Made by a program: the position numbers and the translations under genes. A stretch of 64,000 nucleotides of DNA from a virus (lineage: Duplodnaviria; Caudoviricetes): IMG/VR virus record IMGVR_UViG_2706795384_000001, positions 7,201 to 71,200 of that record; one strand, 5' to 3'. The notes beneath the pieces were generated by a model, which saw only the letters and a list, made by a program, of their open reading frames with translations, was not told where the DNA came from and searched no databases. This document shows, in pieces, positions 18,001 to 27,007 of this stretch. How positions within the stretch are numbered: the stretch's first letter is position 1; every line of letters begins with the position of its first letter.

Positions 18001-19649
18001 CAACTGCACTGCAGGAACGATTCCTGAACGGCGCCGCCGGTAACTACTACGATCCAGACGGCGTGTATGCATTCCAGTGCGTGGACACCGCCATTGCCTA
18101 CGCCATGGCGTGCTACCCGGAAGTGAACTGGGAAACCACGTTTGGCCGCGGCAACGCAAAGGACCATTACCCCAAGTCGAACGCCTACTTTGACAGCATC
18201 CCCAACGTGGTGGGAGACCTCAACAGCTACCCACAGCGCGGCGACATTGTGGTCTGGGGCGGCGACAACTTCAACCCCTACGGGCACATTGCTGTGGTGC
18301 TGTGGGCGGACGGTTATAGCATGCGTGTGCTGCAACAGAACGCTGACGGTTCCGCGCGTCTGCCTACGCAAATAGCAACGGTGGGCTACGTCATTCCGGG
18401 CGCTGGCGGCGTCGTGGGCTGGCTGCGTCCCAAGGTGTCCGGCACGGTTCCCACCCCGGCCCCTGCACCGTCCGGCTACCTCAACGGCATTGATATTTCC
18501 ATGCACCAAGGGACTGCAATCAACCTGGCTGGCACGGGTGCGCAGTTCGTCGGCATCAAGGCCACCGAGGGCGTGGGATACACGGATCCCAACTACCTCA
18601 CGAATGTGTCCAAGGCGCGCCGGGACGGCTTGCCCATCCTGCACTACCACTTTGCCCGTCCGTTCGCCGCTGACGGCAACACCGCCACCGCGGAAGCTGA
18701 CTGGTTCCTTTCCGTGGTCCGCTCCCAGATCGGGCCGGACGACATCCTTGTCTTGGACTTCGAGGCTGAGAACACCCACCGCACGGATTGGGCCAATGAC
18801 TTCCTGGACTTGGTGCAAATCAACACGGACAAGCGCCCGTGGCTGTACGCCAACCAGACCGTGGCCAACCAAGGCGGCTGGGATGCTGTCAAGGCCAAGT
18901 TCCCGCTGTGGTGCGCTCGCTACCCGTCCCCGGTCATTCAGTCGTGGTCCCCGCTCAACGCGGCCCCGTCCGTTCCTGGCTGGAACCTTGTTATGTGGCA
19001 GTACAGCCAGAATGGCCGACTGCCCGGTTACGGCGGCGACCTTGACCTGAACGTGTTCTATGGCGACCGTGGAGCGTGGCAGGTCTTGGCAGCCGGCGGC
19101 AACTTCATTGCCCCGGTTCCCCCGGCTGTCGTGGCGCCCCCGGTTGGTGGCACCGCGTCACAGTGCATTGTTGACCCGGGCGACACTCTGAGCTCCATAG
19201 CTGGACAGTTCGGCGTTGCGCTCTCTGACCTGATCAAGGCCAACCCGGGCATCAACCCTGACCTGATTTACCCGGGCCAGGTGTTGAACCTTCCCGGCGG
19301 TGGTCCGCTGTCCGTTCCGGGCGCTGTCTCTCAGTGCATTGTGGACGCCGGGGACACGCTCGCTGGTATCGCTGCACAGTTCGGCGTTGACCTCAACGCG
19401 TTGATTCACCTCAACGGCATTGCGAACCCGGACGTGATCTTCCCGGGCCAACTGCTGAACCTCCCGGCAAAGGCAGCCCCGGCCCCGGCAGCACCCGCCC
19501 CGGCGGTCAGCCAAGTAATCGTGGACCCGGGCGACACCTTGGGCGGTATCGCTGCGCAGTTCGGCGTCAACGTCCATGACCTTGCCCGTGTCAACGGCAT
19601 CACCAACCCGGACTATATCCAGGTTGGCCAAGTCCTCAACCTTCCGTGA
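17997..19649 (+). CDS. Endolysin: CHAP + GH25 muramidase + 3 LysM
   Basis: ATG 17997 with RBS AAAGGA; QCVD/YGHIAVV; GIDIS..., KATEG, DFE, WQYS..DLDLN; three VDxGDTL..IAxQFGV repeats. Confidence 0.92.
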   Translation: MTTALQERFLNGAAGNYYDPDGVYAFQCVDTAIAYAMACYPEVNWETTFGRGNAKDHYPKSNAYFDSIPNVVGDLNSYPQRGDIVVWGGDNFNPYGHIAVVLWADGYSMRVLQQNADGSARLPTQIATVGYVIPGAGGVVGWLRPKVSGTVPTPAPAPSGYLNGIDISMHQGTAINLAGTGAQFVGIKATEGVGYTDPNYLTNVSKARRDGLPILHYHFARPFAADGNTATAEADWFLSVVRSQIGPDDILVLDFEAENTHRTDWANDFLDLVQINTDKRPWLYANQTVANQGGWDAVKAKFPLWCARYPSPVIQSWSPLNAAPSVPGWNLVMWQYSQNGRLPGYGGDLDLNVFYGDRGAWQVLAAGGNFIAPVPPAVVAPPVGGTASQCIVDPGDTLSSIAGQFGVALSDLIKANPGINPDLIYPGQVLNLPGGGPLSVPGAVSQCIVDAGDTLAGIAAQFGVDLNALIHLNGIANPDVIFPGQLLNLPAKAAPAPAAPAPAVSQVIVDPGDTLGGIAAQFGVNVHDLARVNGITNPDYIQVGQVLNLP

Positions 19650-19667
19650 GAGAGAGATAAATAAATC

Positions 19668-20126
19668 ATGATTGTTTTCGACGTTCCCCAGTGGCAGTTC
19701 CTGTTCCAGCTATTCGGCGGCACCGTCATGACGCTGCTGGTGGGTCTCGTGACCACCCGCGTGACGGCTTCCAGCACGCGCGGCATTTTGCTGGCCGCGC
19801 TGTCGGTGCTGTCGTCCATCGTCACCGAGCTTGTGGCGGCGCTACAGACCAACACGCCCTATAACTTGGGCACCGCGCTGGCGTTTGGCCTCTTGACGTT
19901 CGTTGTGGCCGTTGGCACTCACTATGGCCTCTTGAAACACACCAACCTTGAGACCGCAGCACAGAACACCCTTGTGACCGCTTCCGCCGCTGAGGTCCGC
20001 GCGCATGAGCAAGCGAAAGCCCTTGAACTGCTGTCCAAGGCTGGCGTGAAGACCTCAGAAACCGCCGCTGAGGATGGACCTGTCCCCGCTATCAAGTACG
20101 TGCCTTTGCACCGCAAAAACGAGTAG
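19668..20126 (+). CDS. Holin
   Basis: Three hydrophobic segments, charged tail, follows endolysin. Confidence 0.75.
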   Translation: MIVFDVPQWQFLFQLFGGTVMTLLVGLVTTRVTASSTRGILLAALSVLSSIVTELVAALQTNTPYNLGTALAFGLLTFVVAVGTHYGLLKHTNLETAAQNTLVTASAAEVRAHEQAKALELLSKAGVKTSETAAEDGPVPAIKYVPLHRKNE

Positions 20127-20130
20127 CTAG

Positions 20131-20172
20131 ACACAAGAAAGCCCCCACCGTTTGGTGGGGGCTTTCTTGTGT
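20131..20172. terminator. Bidirectional intrinsic terminator
   Basis: Perfect 19-bp inverted repeat ACACAAGAAAGCCCCCACC-GTTT-GGTGGGGGCTTTCTTGTGT between convergent genes. Confidence 0.9.
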
Positions 20173-20178
20173 TCGGGG

Positions 20179-20397
20179 TTAGATGCTGACGTACTTTTGT
20201 ACCGTGTCCAGCAAGTGCATGTAGTCGCCACTGAGGGCGTCGTCGTAGAACTCTTTGGCTTCCTCCCGGTGTCCCGCTTTCTCAAGGGCTTTACGGACCC
20301 GGGAAGCGATCATGAAGCCGTTACCGTCCTGCCCTTCCAGCGGGACAACGACGTCGGGAAACTTGGGCTGTCCTGCAACCTCTGAGGCGTTAGGCAT
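20179..20397 (-). CDS. Small conserved-type phage protein (DGNGF...SGDYMHLL)
   Basis: 72 aa, last gene of leftward cassette. Confidence 0.75.
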   Translation of the reverse strand: MPNASEVAGQPKFPDVVVPLEGQDGNGFMIASRVRKALEKAGHREEAKEFYDDALSGDYMHLLDTVQKYVSI

Positions 20398-20713
20398 CGT
20401 TCTGGTTCCCCCAAACGGTCACGTTGTCGGTGGCCTCAACTTGGAGAATCTGACGCACGCCGTCAGCTTCCAAGCCCCAGCGGTCTTCCCCCATGGGGTA
20501 GCTGGCTGTCACGATCAAGGGCTTGTTGGGTGATTCACTGGTGAAAATCTTGTCACCGGGGACAATTTCGCTGGCTTTCTTGGTGCTGCGCATGGTGGTG
20601 CCTTTCGGTTGGTTGTGGCGATTTTTTAGAGCAAGGTCATGGCGGATAGCTGAGGGAATGTGGATCCCGACGAACACGAGAGCCACAAGCATGATGATTG
20701 CGAGGGCGTGCAT
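20390..20713 (-). CDS. Hypothetical protein with N-terminal TM; internal start at 20593 with its own RBS
   Basis: ATG 20713 (MHALAIIML); in-frame GAAAGG-ATG at 20593 (MRSTKK, SH3-like). Confidence 0.55.
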   Translation of the reverse strand: MHALAIIMLVALVFVGIHIPSAIRHDLALKNRHNQPKGTTMRSTKKASEIVPGDKIFTSESPNKPLIVTASYPMGEDRWGLEADGVRQILQVEATDNVTVWGNQNDA

Positions 20714-20717
20714 GGGG

Positions 20718-21188
20718 TCAGAGTGTGGTGTGGACGTGGTAAGCGATTTTGTAGTCCGATTCGAGGCGCTTGTAACCCTTGCGGATTTCCTCAGCCGCTT
20801 CCTTGGTGGCAATCCCGGTTTCACAGTCCCAAGTGTTGAAAGTGAGAGTGTTCTCACCAACAACTTTGAAGGTAGGGGCGGCGGCGGTTCCGGTGCGTTC
20901 CCGGTAGGCGGCGGCAGCGGCTTTGGCAATGTCAGCGGCGGTGGTTCCGGGTTCGATCCACACGGCGTCCGAGTCTTCCCATGCGTCGCCGTTTTCGTCC
21001 ACGGTGTAGAACCCGTAACTGAGTTCTTCCGTGTCGAAACCTTCACCCATGACGCCCGGGCCAACCTGCATGAGGCCACCGTCGATAATGAGAGTTGCGC
21101 AGCCGCCGCCCGTGTCCTCAACGGTTCCGTTGATTCCCTCAGACTTGAAGGCTTCGAGCATTTCGTTGAAGGTAATGGCGGTGGTCAT
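20718..21188 (-). CDS. Hypothetical acidic early protein
   Basis: RBS GAAAGAGG; directly below promoter at 21227-21256. Confidence 0.75.
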   Translation of the reverse strand: MTTAITFNEMLEAFKSEGINGTVEDTGGGCATLIIDGGLMQVGPGVMGEGFDTEELSYGFYTVDENGDAWEDSDAVWIEPGTTAADIAKAAAAAYRERTGTAAAPTFKVVGENTLTFNTWDCETGIATKEAAEEIRKGYKRLESDYKIAYHVHTTL

Positions 21189-21226
21189 GGCTTCCTCTTT
21201 CGTTGTGGCTGGTTACTACATAAAGA

Positions 21227-21256
21227 AATGTAGCACGTCACTACAGAACTATGCAA
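21227..21256 (-). promoter_or_regulatory. Sigma-A-like promoter (TTGCAT-N18-TACATT) with palindrome TGTAG-N7-CTACA (21229-21245)
   Basis: Read directly; near-identical to promoter at 56291. Confidence 0.75.
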
Positions 21257-21470
21257 CCCGCTTGTGAAACCCGCCCGGTTTGCCCGTCCGCTGGACGTGA
21301 GCAAGGAAGGGCTGAATGGTTTCAGGCTTCCATGCCGGGGAATGGCTCACCTCATAGTCAGGGGTGGGCATGTTGCCGCGCATCTTCCAAGCGCGCACGG
21401 TCTTGACCTCCACCTTGAGTAGCTTGGCAATTTCGTTGTAGCCAATCAGGCGAACGGGTTTCTTGGTCAT
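21249..21470 (-). CDS. Small HTH DNA-binding protein (MerR/excisionase-like)
   Basis: ATG 21470; IGYNEIAKLLKVEVKTVRAWKMRGNMPTPD. Confidence 0.8.
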   Translation of the reverse strand: MTKKPVRLIGYNEIAKLLKVEVKTVRAWKMRGNMPTPDYEVSHSPAWKPETIQPFLAHVQRTGKPGGFHKRVA

Positions 21471-21500
21471 GAGGACTCCCAGGGTAGTTGTGGTCACTTG

Positions 21501-21530
21501 AGTGTAGCGGGGCGCTACGGGCAGCCGCAA
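21501..21530 (-). promoter_or_regulatory. Sigma-A-like promoter of the HTH gene (TTGCGG-N18-TACACT) with palindrome TGTAG-N7-CTACG (21503-21519)
   Basis: Same geometry as 21227 and 56291 promoters. Confidence 0.65.
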
Positions 21531-21536
21531 CGGCGC

Positions 21537-21581
21537 CCCGTCCCCCAGACCCCGGCGCCCCGCTGCCATGATTGGCCCATG
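21537..21581 (+). promoter_or_regulatory. Putative late-class leaderless promoter (CCCGTCCCCCA; -10 CATGAT 21567-21572; ATG 21579)
   Basis: Box 42 nt before ATG, as at 14780; no SD. Confidence 0.5.
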
Positions 21582-21920
21582 GCTACTGGCGTACTATCTT
21601 TCCCGTTCAAGCTGAACCCGGACGGCACCGCCGCAACTGTGGGCTATGGGACAGACCGCGAGGTGGAGGAAGCTATCGCGGCGTTGGTCCTCACCCACAT
21701 TGGCGAACGGCTCATGAATCCGAGCTTTGGCGTGCCTGACCCGGTGTTTTCCGGCTTGGGCGTTGGAGACATTCAAGTGGGGTTGGACCAGTACGGCCCC
21801 GCGGGTATCACCATTCAATCTGTCACCACTGAACCAGTAGACGGCACGGACCAAGTGGTGCGCGCCAAAGTGGCTTGGCAGTACAACTCAGACGGAACAG
21901 GAAACGGTAACAATGGCTGA
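21579..21920 (+). CDS. Baseplate wedge protein (gp25/GPW-like)
   Basis: LSFPF...GERLMNPSFG motif. Confidence 0.85.
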   Translation: MATGVLSFPFKLNPDGTAATVGYGTDREVEEAIAALVLTHIGERLMNPSFGVPDPVFSGLGVGDIQVGLDQYGPAGITIQSVTTEPVDGTDQVVRAKVAWQYNSDGTGNGNNG

Positions 21921-23046
21921 CGTGTCCAAGGACGTGCCCGAATACGAGGCATTGAATCTGCTCAACTACGGCACCGAACCTGACCTTGTGGCTGCCGCGA
22001 CGGCCTATGCCATGGCTGCGCTGCCCGAATGGCAGCCCCGGGCCGGGAACACGGAAATGGTCCTTATTGAGTCGCTGGCCGTCATGCTGGGGCCGGAAAT
22101 CATGGCCATTCAAATGCTGCCCGGGCAGATCGTGGAACAGTTGATGAAGCTCTACGGTGTGGCACGCAGCGAGGGCGCCCCCGTGATTGGCCGCGCCAAG
22201 TTCACGGTCACGAACAGTTCCCCGACGCAGATAATCCCGGCTGGCACCCGGCTGCGTCTGCCCATCCCGGGCACGGGCGAAACCGTGGATTTCCTCACTC
22301 AGGACGAGCTCCAAATAATCACGTCTGAGGCTGCCACGGGCGAGGTGAACATTTACGCCGAATACCTTGGACCCGTGGGCAACGCGACGCCCAACGCTTC
22401 CCCTCTTGAGGTGGTGGACACCCTGCCGTTCGTTGAGTCCGTGGCCACCGTGGGCGCCCTGTCCGGCGGCGCTGGCCCGGAACCAGACTACGAGTTCCAA
22501 GGCCGCGCATCGGCCACGCTCGCGCGCCTGACCTCCACGCTGGTGCTGCCGGAATCCTTCCAATACGCTGCCGCGTCGCGCCCGGAAGTTGGCCGCGCCA
22601 AGGTCTTTGACCTCTACAACCCGGCGGCACCGCTGGTGAACCCCGCAGTTGGCTATGTGACCGTGGCGCTGGCTGGCCACAATGGTGAGGTGCTGCCGGG
22701 AACTGTGACCGCGGACATTGCCAACTGGCTGGCAGGTCAGGCGCTTTCCTCCCTCAAGGTCACCGTCATTGACCCCACCTACACCACCGTGAACCTGACC
22801 GTGAGCGTGAAGGCTTCCGTTGGCTTCACCGTGGCCCAAGTTCAGGCGTCGGTTACGGCTGCCCTGGCGGACTGGCTGAACGCCAAGACGTGGGACTGGA
22901 ACCCCGTAGTGGGCCAGTTCGCTATTGCCGCCAAGGTGGGCGCCGCCGCCGGGGTGGCTGAGGTTACCAGCGTGCCGGCCAACATCAACTTGACGGGCAA
23001 GGCGCCTTTGCCGATTCTTGGCACCGTCACCGTGAACGTGGTCTAA
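21913..23046 (+). CDS. Baseplate J-like protein
   Basis: 377 aa; IIPAGT, GGAGPE-x-D, V-x-RA-x-V motifs. Confidence 0.85.
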   Translation: MADVSKDVPEYEALNLLNYGTEPDLVAAATAYAMAALPEWQPRAGNTEMVLIESLAVMLGPEIMAIQMLPGQIVEQLMKLYGVARSEGAPVIGRAKFTVTNSSPTQIIPAGTRLRLPIPGTGETVDFLTQDELQIITSEAATGEVNIYAEYLGPVGNATPNASPLEVVDTLPFVESVATVGALSGGAGPEPDYEFQGRASATLARLTSTLVLPESFQYAAASRPEVGRAKVFDLYNPAAPLVNPAVGYVTVALAGHNGEVLPGTVTADIANWLAGQALSSLKVTVIDPTYTTVNLTVSVKASVGFTVAQVQASVTAALADWLNAKTWDWNPVVGQFAIAAKVGAAAGVAEVTSVPANINLTGKAPLPILGTVTVNVV

Positions 23047-23055
23047 GGGGCTGAC

Positions 23056-24912
23056 ATGGCGACTCTGAGGAACGGGGCAACGAACCCCGACATGCTGGGC
23101 AGCGGTGGAACCACCACCGTGCTGACCAACTTTGTGGGCAACTCCCGCGGCCCCGCAACAACCTATTGGAACGTGTCCCCGGGCACGGGCGGCAGCGCCA
23201 CCCGCGAGGCTGTCCTGACGGGAGGACCGGATCCGCGCATGCCGGAAGGCGGCGGGTTCATCCGGTACACCCAGACCGTGGCGAACACTGGCGGAAGCTG
23301 TGGCGTGTACTACCGAGACACCGCGGCACTGACCCCCGGCGTGGCTGGCGACACTCGTTATTGGCAAGCGTGGGTTCGGCCCTCAGTGACCCGGCAAATG
23401 CGTATGTCCGGCAGCTTCAAGGACAACGCCGCCGCGGACATTACGACGGGCACGGGCGCGTTCACCACTTGCGTGGGCGGGGAATGGACCCAGCTTGCAG
23501 ACCTGGCGATCACGGCCACGGGCGACTATGTGAAGTTGCAAGCGTGGCCTGTCGCCATTGGCCCGGTGGCTGCCGGTGAAACCATTGACGTGGTGGCGTG
23601 GGTGACTCAGACGCCGTGGCCCATGTTTGATGGGTTCACCCCCAACAACGACGAGTTCAGCACCTCATGGGTGGGAAGCGCCGGGGTGTCCCTCACGACG
23701 CTGACGGCCAACACGGTCACCGGCATGAGCAACAGCGCTGGCACGGGCGGCGCCATGCGTGTTTGGCAGTCCCTTGACGCTCCGATGAACTCAAGCCGGT
23801 CTATGAAGTCCGTTCAAACGGTGGCGAGCACCGGCGGTTCCGCTGGCATCATCTACCAAAGCAGTGTGGGCGGCGTGGCCGGGGACGTGAAATCTGCCAG
23901 CTATTGGGTGAAGTACAACAAAGACCGCTACGTCCGGCCCTTGTTCCGGCTGCGCAATGGCTCAACCTTGGTGTCTACGGACATACCCGGCAACACAGTG
24001 TTTATCCCGGCCAACACTTGGGGTGAGCTCAAGGTTGAGGGGATCGTCGCTAATCAGGACTACACCAACATGCAAGTGTGGCCATGGATTCAGGCGCCCA
24101 CGGGCAACCTGGAGGTGGGCGACACCATGCAGTTGGCGCGCATTCTGCTGGTGGACGGCGCCAAGCTACCCGCGGACGGCTGGTGGGACGGCGACGAACC
24201 GGGCAGCGGCAAATACGTGTTTGCTTGGGACGGCGCGGCCAACGCGTCCACCTCCACACGCATGGACCGGCTGGACATAATCCACTGGTGGACCCGTTTC
24301 TGGTATGGGTTCCTGCCGGCGGCGTACAAGGAAATAGATGCCGTGGTCCAGCCGGAAAACGGCAGCTATCCCATGCTGAGGTTCATGGACGGCGCGGGGC
24401 AGGTGTCTGGGCAGGTCCGTGACCTTTCGGACCTCATGCGCAGCGGCCAATTCACGGACCCGGCCACTACGCCGGACTATGCCGTGCGCTGGCTTGCGCA
24501 GCTTATGGGCGTCAACGCGAAACAGCGCGCCATTGACGTGCCAGCGTTGCGTGCGTATCTGCTGGACCTGGTGGCGTCTGGGCGTCCGGCTGTGGGCACT
24601 ACCCAAAGCATTGTGGACGCGGCCAAGCGGTTCCTGATTGGGGATCGTCAGGTAACGGTGATCCCGTCGCCCACGGCAGCCCACACCATTTTGGTGTTGG
24701 CTCGCGCCGATGAAGTACCGGGCACTCTTGCGCAGTTGGTAACGAATATTCGGTCCACGGGCGTTGTCCCGGCTGGCCATAACTTGGTGGCTCAATATGC
24801 CACGGCGTCTTGGGACCAGTACGAGGCAGCCGCCGGGGCGACGTGGACGCAAGCGGACGCCAACCAGCCCACATGGCGCGCGTCCGAGAGTTTGGGAATC
24901 GTGCTGGAATGA
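23056..24912 (+). CDS. Baseplate/tail protein: duplicated carbohydrate-binding-like modules plus P2 gpI-like C-domain
   Basis: Internal duplication (TGGSCGVYY / TGGSAGIIY); C-terminal FLPAAY...DP..TPDYAVRWLAQLMG. Confidence 0.65.
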   Translation: MATLRNGATNPDMLGSGGTTTVLTNFVGNSRGPATTYWNVSPGTGGSATREAVLTGGPDPRMPEGGGFIRYTQTVANTGGSCGVYYRDTAALTPGVAGDTRYWQAWVRPSVTRQMRMSGSFKDNAAADITTGTGAFTTCVGGEWTQLADLAITATGDYVKLQAWPVAIGPVAAGETIDVVAWVTQTPWPMFDGFTPNNDEFSTSWVGSAGVSLTTLTANTVTGMSNSAGTGGAMRVWQSLDAPMNSSRSMKSVQTVASTGGSAGIIYQSSVGGVAGDVKSASYWVKYNKDRYVRPLFRLRNGSTLVSTDIPGNTVFIPANTWGELKVEGIVANQDYTNMQVWPWIQAPTGNLEVGDTMQLARILLVDGAKLPADGWWDGDEPGSGKYVFAWDGAANASTSTRMDRLDIIHWWTRFWYGFLPAAYKEIDAVVQPENGSYPMLRFMDGAGQVSGQVRDLSDLMRSGQFTDPATTPDYAVRWLAQLMGVNAKQRAIDVPALRAYLLDLVASGRPAVGTTQSIVDAAKRFLIGDRQVTVIPSPTAAHTILVLARADEVPGTLAQLVTNIRSTGVVPAGHNLVAQYATASWDQYEAAAGATWTQADANQPTWRASESLGIVLE

Positions 24913-24990
24913 GTTGGTAAAACTTCAACCCACCCCCTATAGTTTCTGGGAGACCCCCGGGGCTATATTGGGGGTAGGGGTTGAGGCAGC

Positions 24991-25031
24991 AAAAAGCCCC
25001 CGCGTCGGTCCACCCAGCGCAGGGGCTTTTT
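24991..25031 (+). terminator. Intrinsic terminator ending the virion region
   Basis: AAAAAGCCCC...GGGGCTTTTT. Confidence 0.75.
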
Positions 25032-25124
25032 CAGTAATCGCCACAACTACTGGTGTCAGCTTATCAGTGCCACCACAAGATATAGGTCTCGTAATCGCCA
25101 CAGATAACTACAGAGAAAGGCCCA

Positions 25125-25382
25125 TTGGCCATGTTGAAGCTACGCAATGCCCTGGTTCGTTTCGGTCACTGGTTTGCCGGCACGCAGCCGGCGCCCCAGG
25201 AACAGCCAGCGCCGCCCCGGACGCGGCTGGAAGAACTCCACGACCAGCGCATGGAACAGGTCTATGCCCGGGCCATGGGCGCCCTTGAGTCCCGGCCCCC
25301 GAACATGACCGACAAAGACCGTCTGATCCTTTCCCGCTCCATTGTGGACATGCTGGAAAGGAACGTCGGTCATGCGGGTTGA
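25125..25382 (+). CDS. Hypothetical protein
   Basis: RBS GAAAGG; start 25125 or 25131. Confidence 0.7.
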   Translation: MAMLKLRNALVRFGHWFAGTQPAPQEQPAPPRTRLEELHDQRMEQVYARAMGALESRPPNMTDKDRLILSRSIVDMLERNVGHAG

Positions 25383-25596
25383 GTTGATTGGCGGACCCGC
25401 GGACGGCGCCAAAGTTGAGTTGGCGGACGACATGCAAGCGGTCCATATCCCATGCACCGTGGTAACCGACAACCCCGCGTTCCAGTCCAAGAACATCGGC
25501 CCGGGCTTCCCATGCGTGGCAACCTACGCCCATTTTCAGACCCTCCCAAGCGGCACCCGGGTGTTCCGCTTGTCCGGGATTCACAGCAAAGCATGA
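25372..25596 (+). CDS. Hypothetical protein (LIGGPADG motif)
   Basis: ATG 25372 overlapping the previous gene. Confidence 0.65.
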   Translation: MRVELIGGPADGAKVELADDMQAVHIPCTVVTDNPAFQSKNIGPGFPCVATYAHFQTLPSGTRVFRLSGIHSKA

Positions 25597-25760
25597 TCAC
25601 CCGGGGCAGCGAGGTGGTCCACAGAAGGAACCACCAACTTGGCAAGGTGCTGGGGTTTGTCCCCGGCGGCTATGAGGTCATATGGTCCGGGTCCAAGGCC
25701 ATTACCTATGAAGATGAACGGACCATTGAATTGCGATTCCCCGACGACGAAAGAGAACCC

Positions 25761-27005
25761 ATGGAAAGCATGAAAGTCATTGCCCTGCAAGCTGAGAACG
25801 TCAAGCGCCTTACCGCGGTGCGTCTTGCCTTTGACGGCACCCTACAGGTGATTGGTGGCGACAACGGCGAGGGTAAATCCTCAGTCCTTGATGCCATTTG
25901 GCTGGCCATTGGTGGCCGTCAAGCCGTCAGCGAGACGCAGACCACCCGGCCCATTCACGACGGCGCCGACACAGCGACGGCCACCGTGGACCTTGGGGAA
26001 ATCATCGTCACGAGGACGTGGAAGCGGGGCAAGCCCGGAGCGGTCAAGGTCACCACCCCGGAAGGGGCAGAACACAAGTCACCACAAGCGATCCTTGACG
26101 CCCTCACGGCCAACGTGGGCATGGACCCGCTCGCATTCACTCAGCTTTCAGCCAAAGCGCAGGTAGCGCAGTTGCTTGAGCTTGTGGACCTCCCATTCGT
26201 CCCGGCGGAACTGGATGAACAGTACGCCGAGACGTTCAAGGAACGCACGGAAGTGAACCGCCGCGTGGTCGATGTTGAGGCGCGTTTGAACACCTACCCG
26301 CTGCCCCCGGAAGACCTGCCGGAAGCTGAGGTGGACATTGCCGGACTGGTGGAGGAAGTCCGCAAGGGTGACGCCAAGGTTGCCGCGGTGCACCGGGCTA
26401 ATGAGGACTACGCCGGGGCGTTCACCGCGGTGCGCGACCTTGAGGCGCGGCTTGTGGCTGCCAAGGCGCACGAGGAAGCCATGCGCCAAGCGCTGGCGAC
26501 GGCGGAAGCTGAACTGGACGCGTCCCCCGACGTGAAGGCGCTTCACGAGAAACTGTCGACCGTGGGCGAAACGAACAGGTTGGTGCGCTTGGAAGCGGAA
26601 CGGCAACGGGGCTTGGCCTTGTTCGCTGAGGTCAAGACCAAAGCCAACGCCCTCACGGTCAAGCTGGACAACATCAAGGAAACCCGGACTCAAGGGCTGG
26701 CCAACGCCAATTGGCCCATTGAGGGCTTGGGCTTTGACGCTGACGGGCTGACCTACAACGGCGTGCCGTTCAAGCAAGCCTCAAGCGCTGAACAGATCAG
26801 GGTGAGCATGGCCATGGCCATGGCGCTGCAGCCCACGCTCAAGACCCTGTTCATTCGTGACGGCTCGCTACTGGACGGCAAGAACATGGCCATGGTGGCG
26901 GACTTGGCGGCTAAGAACGGCTTCCAAGTGATCATGGAACGCGTGGGCGCCAACGACAAGGGCGCGATCATCATCGAAGACGGAACAGTAAAGGCAGCAT
27001 CCTAA
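25761..27005 (+). CDS. SMC/RecF/Rad50-like ABC-family ATPase
   Basis: Walker A GDNGEGKSS, coiled coil, signature ASSAEQ, Walker B LFIRDGSLLD; frame is open upstream, ATG 25761 has an RBS. Confidence 0.85.
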   Translation: MESMKVIALQAENVKRLTAVRLAFDGTLQVIGGDNGEGKSSVLDAIWLAIGGRQAVSETQTTRPIHDGADTATATVDLGEIIVTRTWKRGKPGAVKVTTPEGAEHKSPQAILDALTANVGMDPLAFTQLSAKAQVAQLLELVDLPFVPAELDEQYAETFKERTEVNRRVVDVEARLNTYPLPPEDLPEAEVDIAGLVEEVRKGDAKVAAVHRANEDYAGAFTAVRDLEARLVAAKAHEEAMRQALATAEAELDASPDVKALHEKLSTVGETNRLVRLEAERQRGLALFAEVKTKANALTVKLDNIKETRTQGLANANWPIEGLGFDADGLTYNGVPFKQASSAEQIRVSMAMAMALQPTLKTLFIRDGSLLDGKNMAMVADLAAKNGFQVIMERVGANDKGAIIIEDGTVKAAS

Positions 27006-27007
27006 CT

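Noticed and set aside
20179-21470. Lysogeny/immunity cassette
   Set aside because: No integrase, ParAB or att-like site seen in the window; the HTH alone does not show temperate behaviour.
21823-23367. 514-aa minus-strand ORF (also 4039-4947, 27442-28671, 41424-42626, 42145-43476 and similar)
   Set aside because: Mirror frames of baseplate J, sheath, exonuclease and other genes; no RBS or promoter support.
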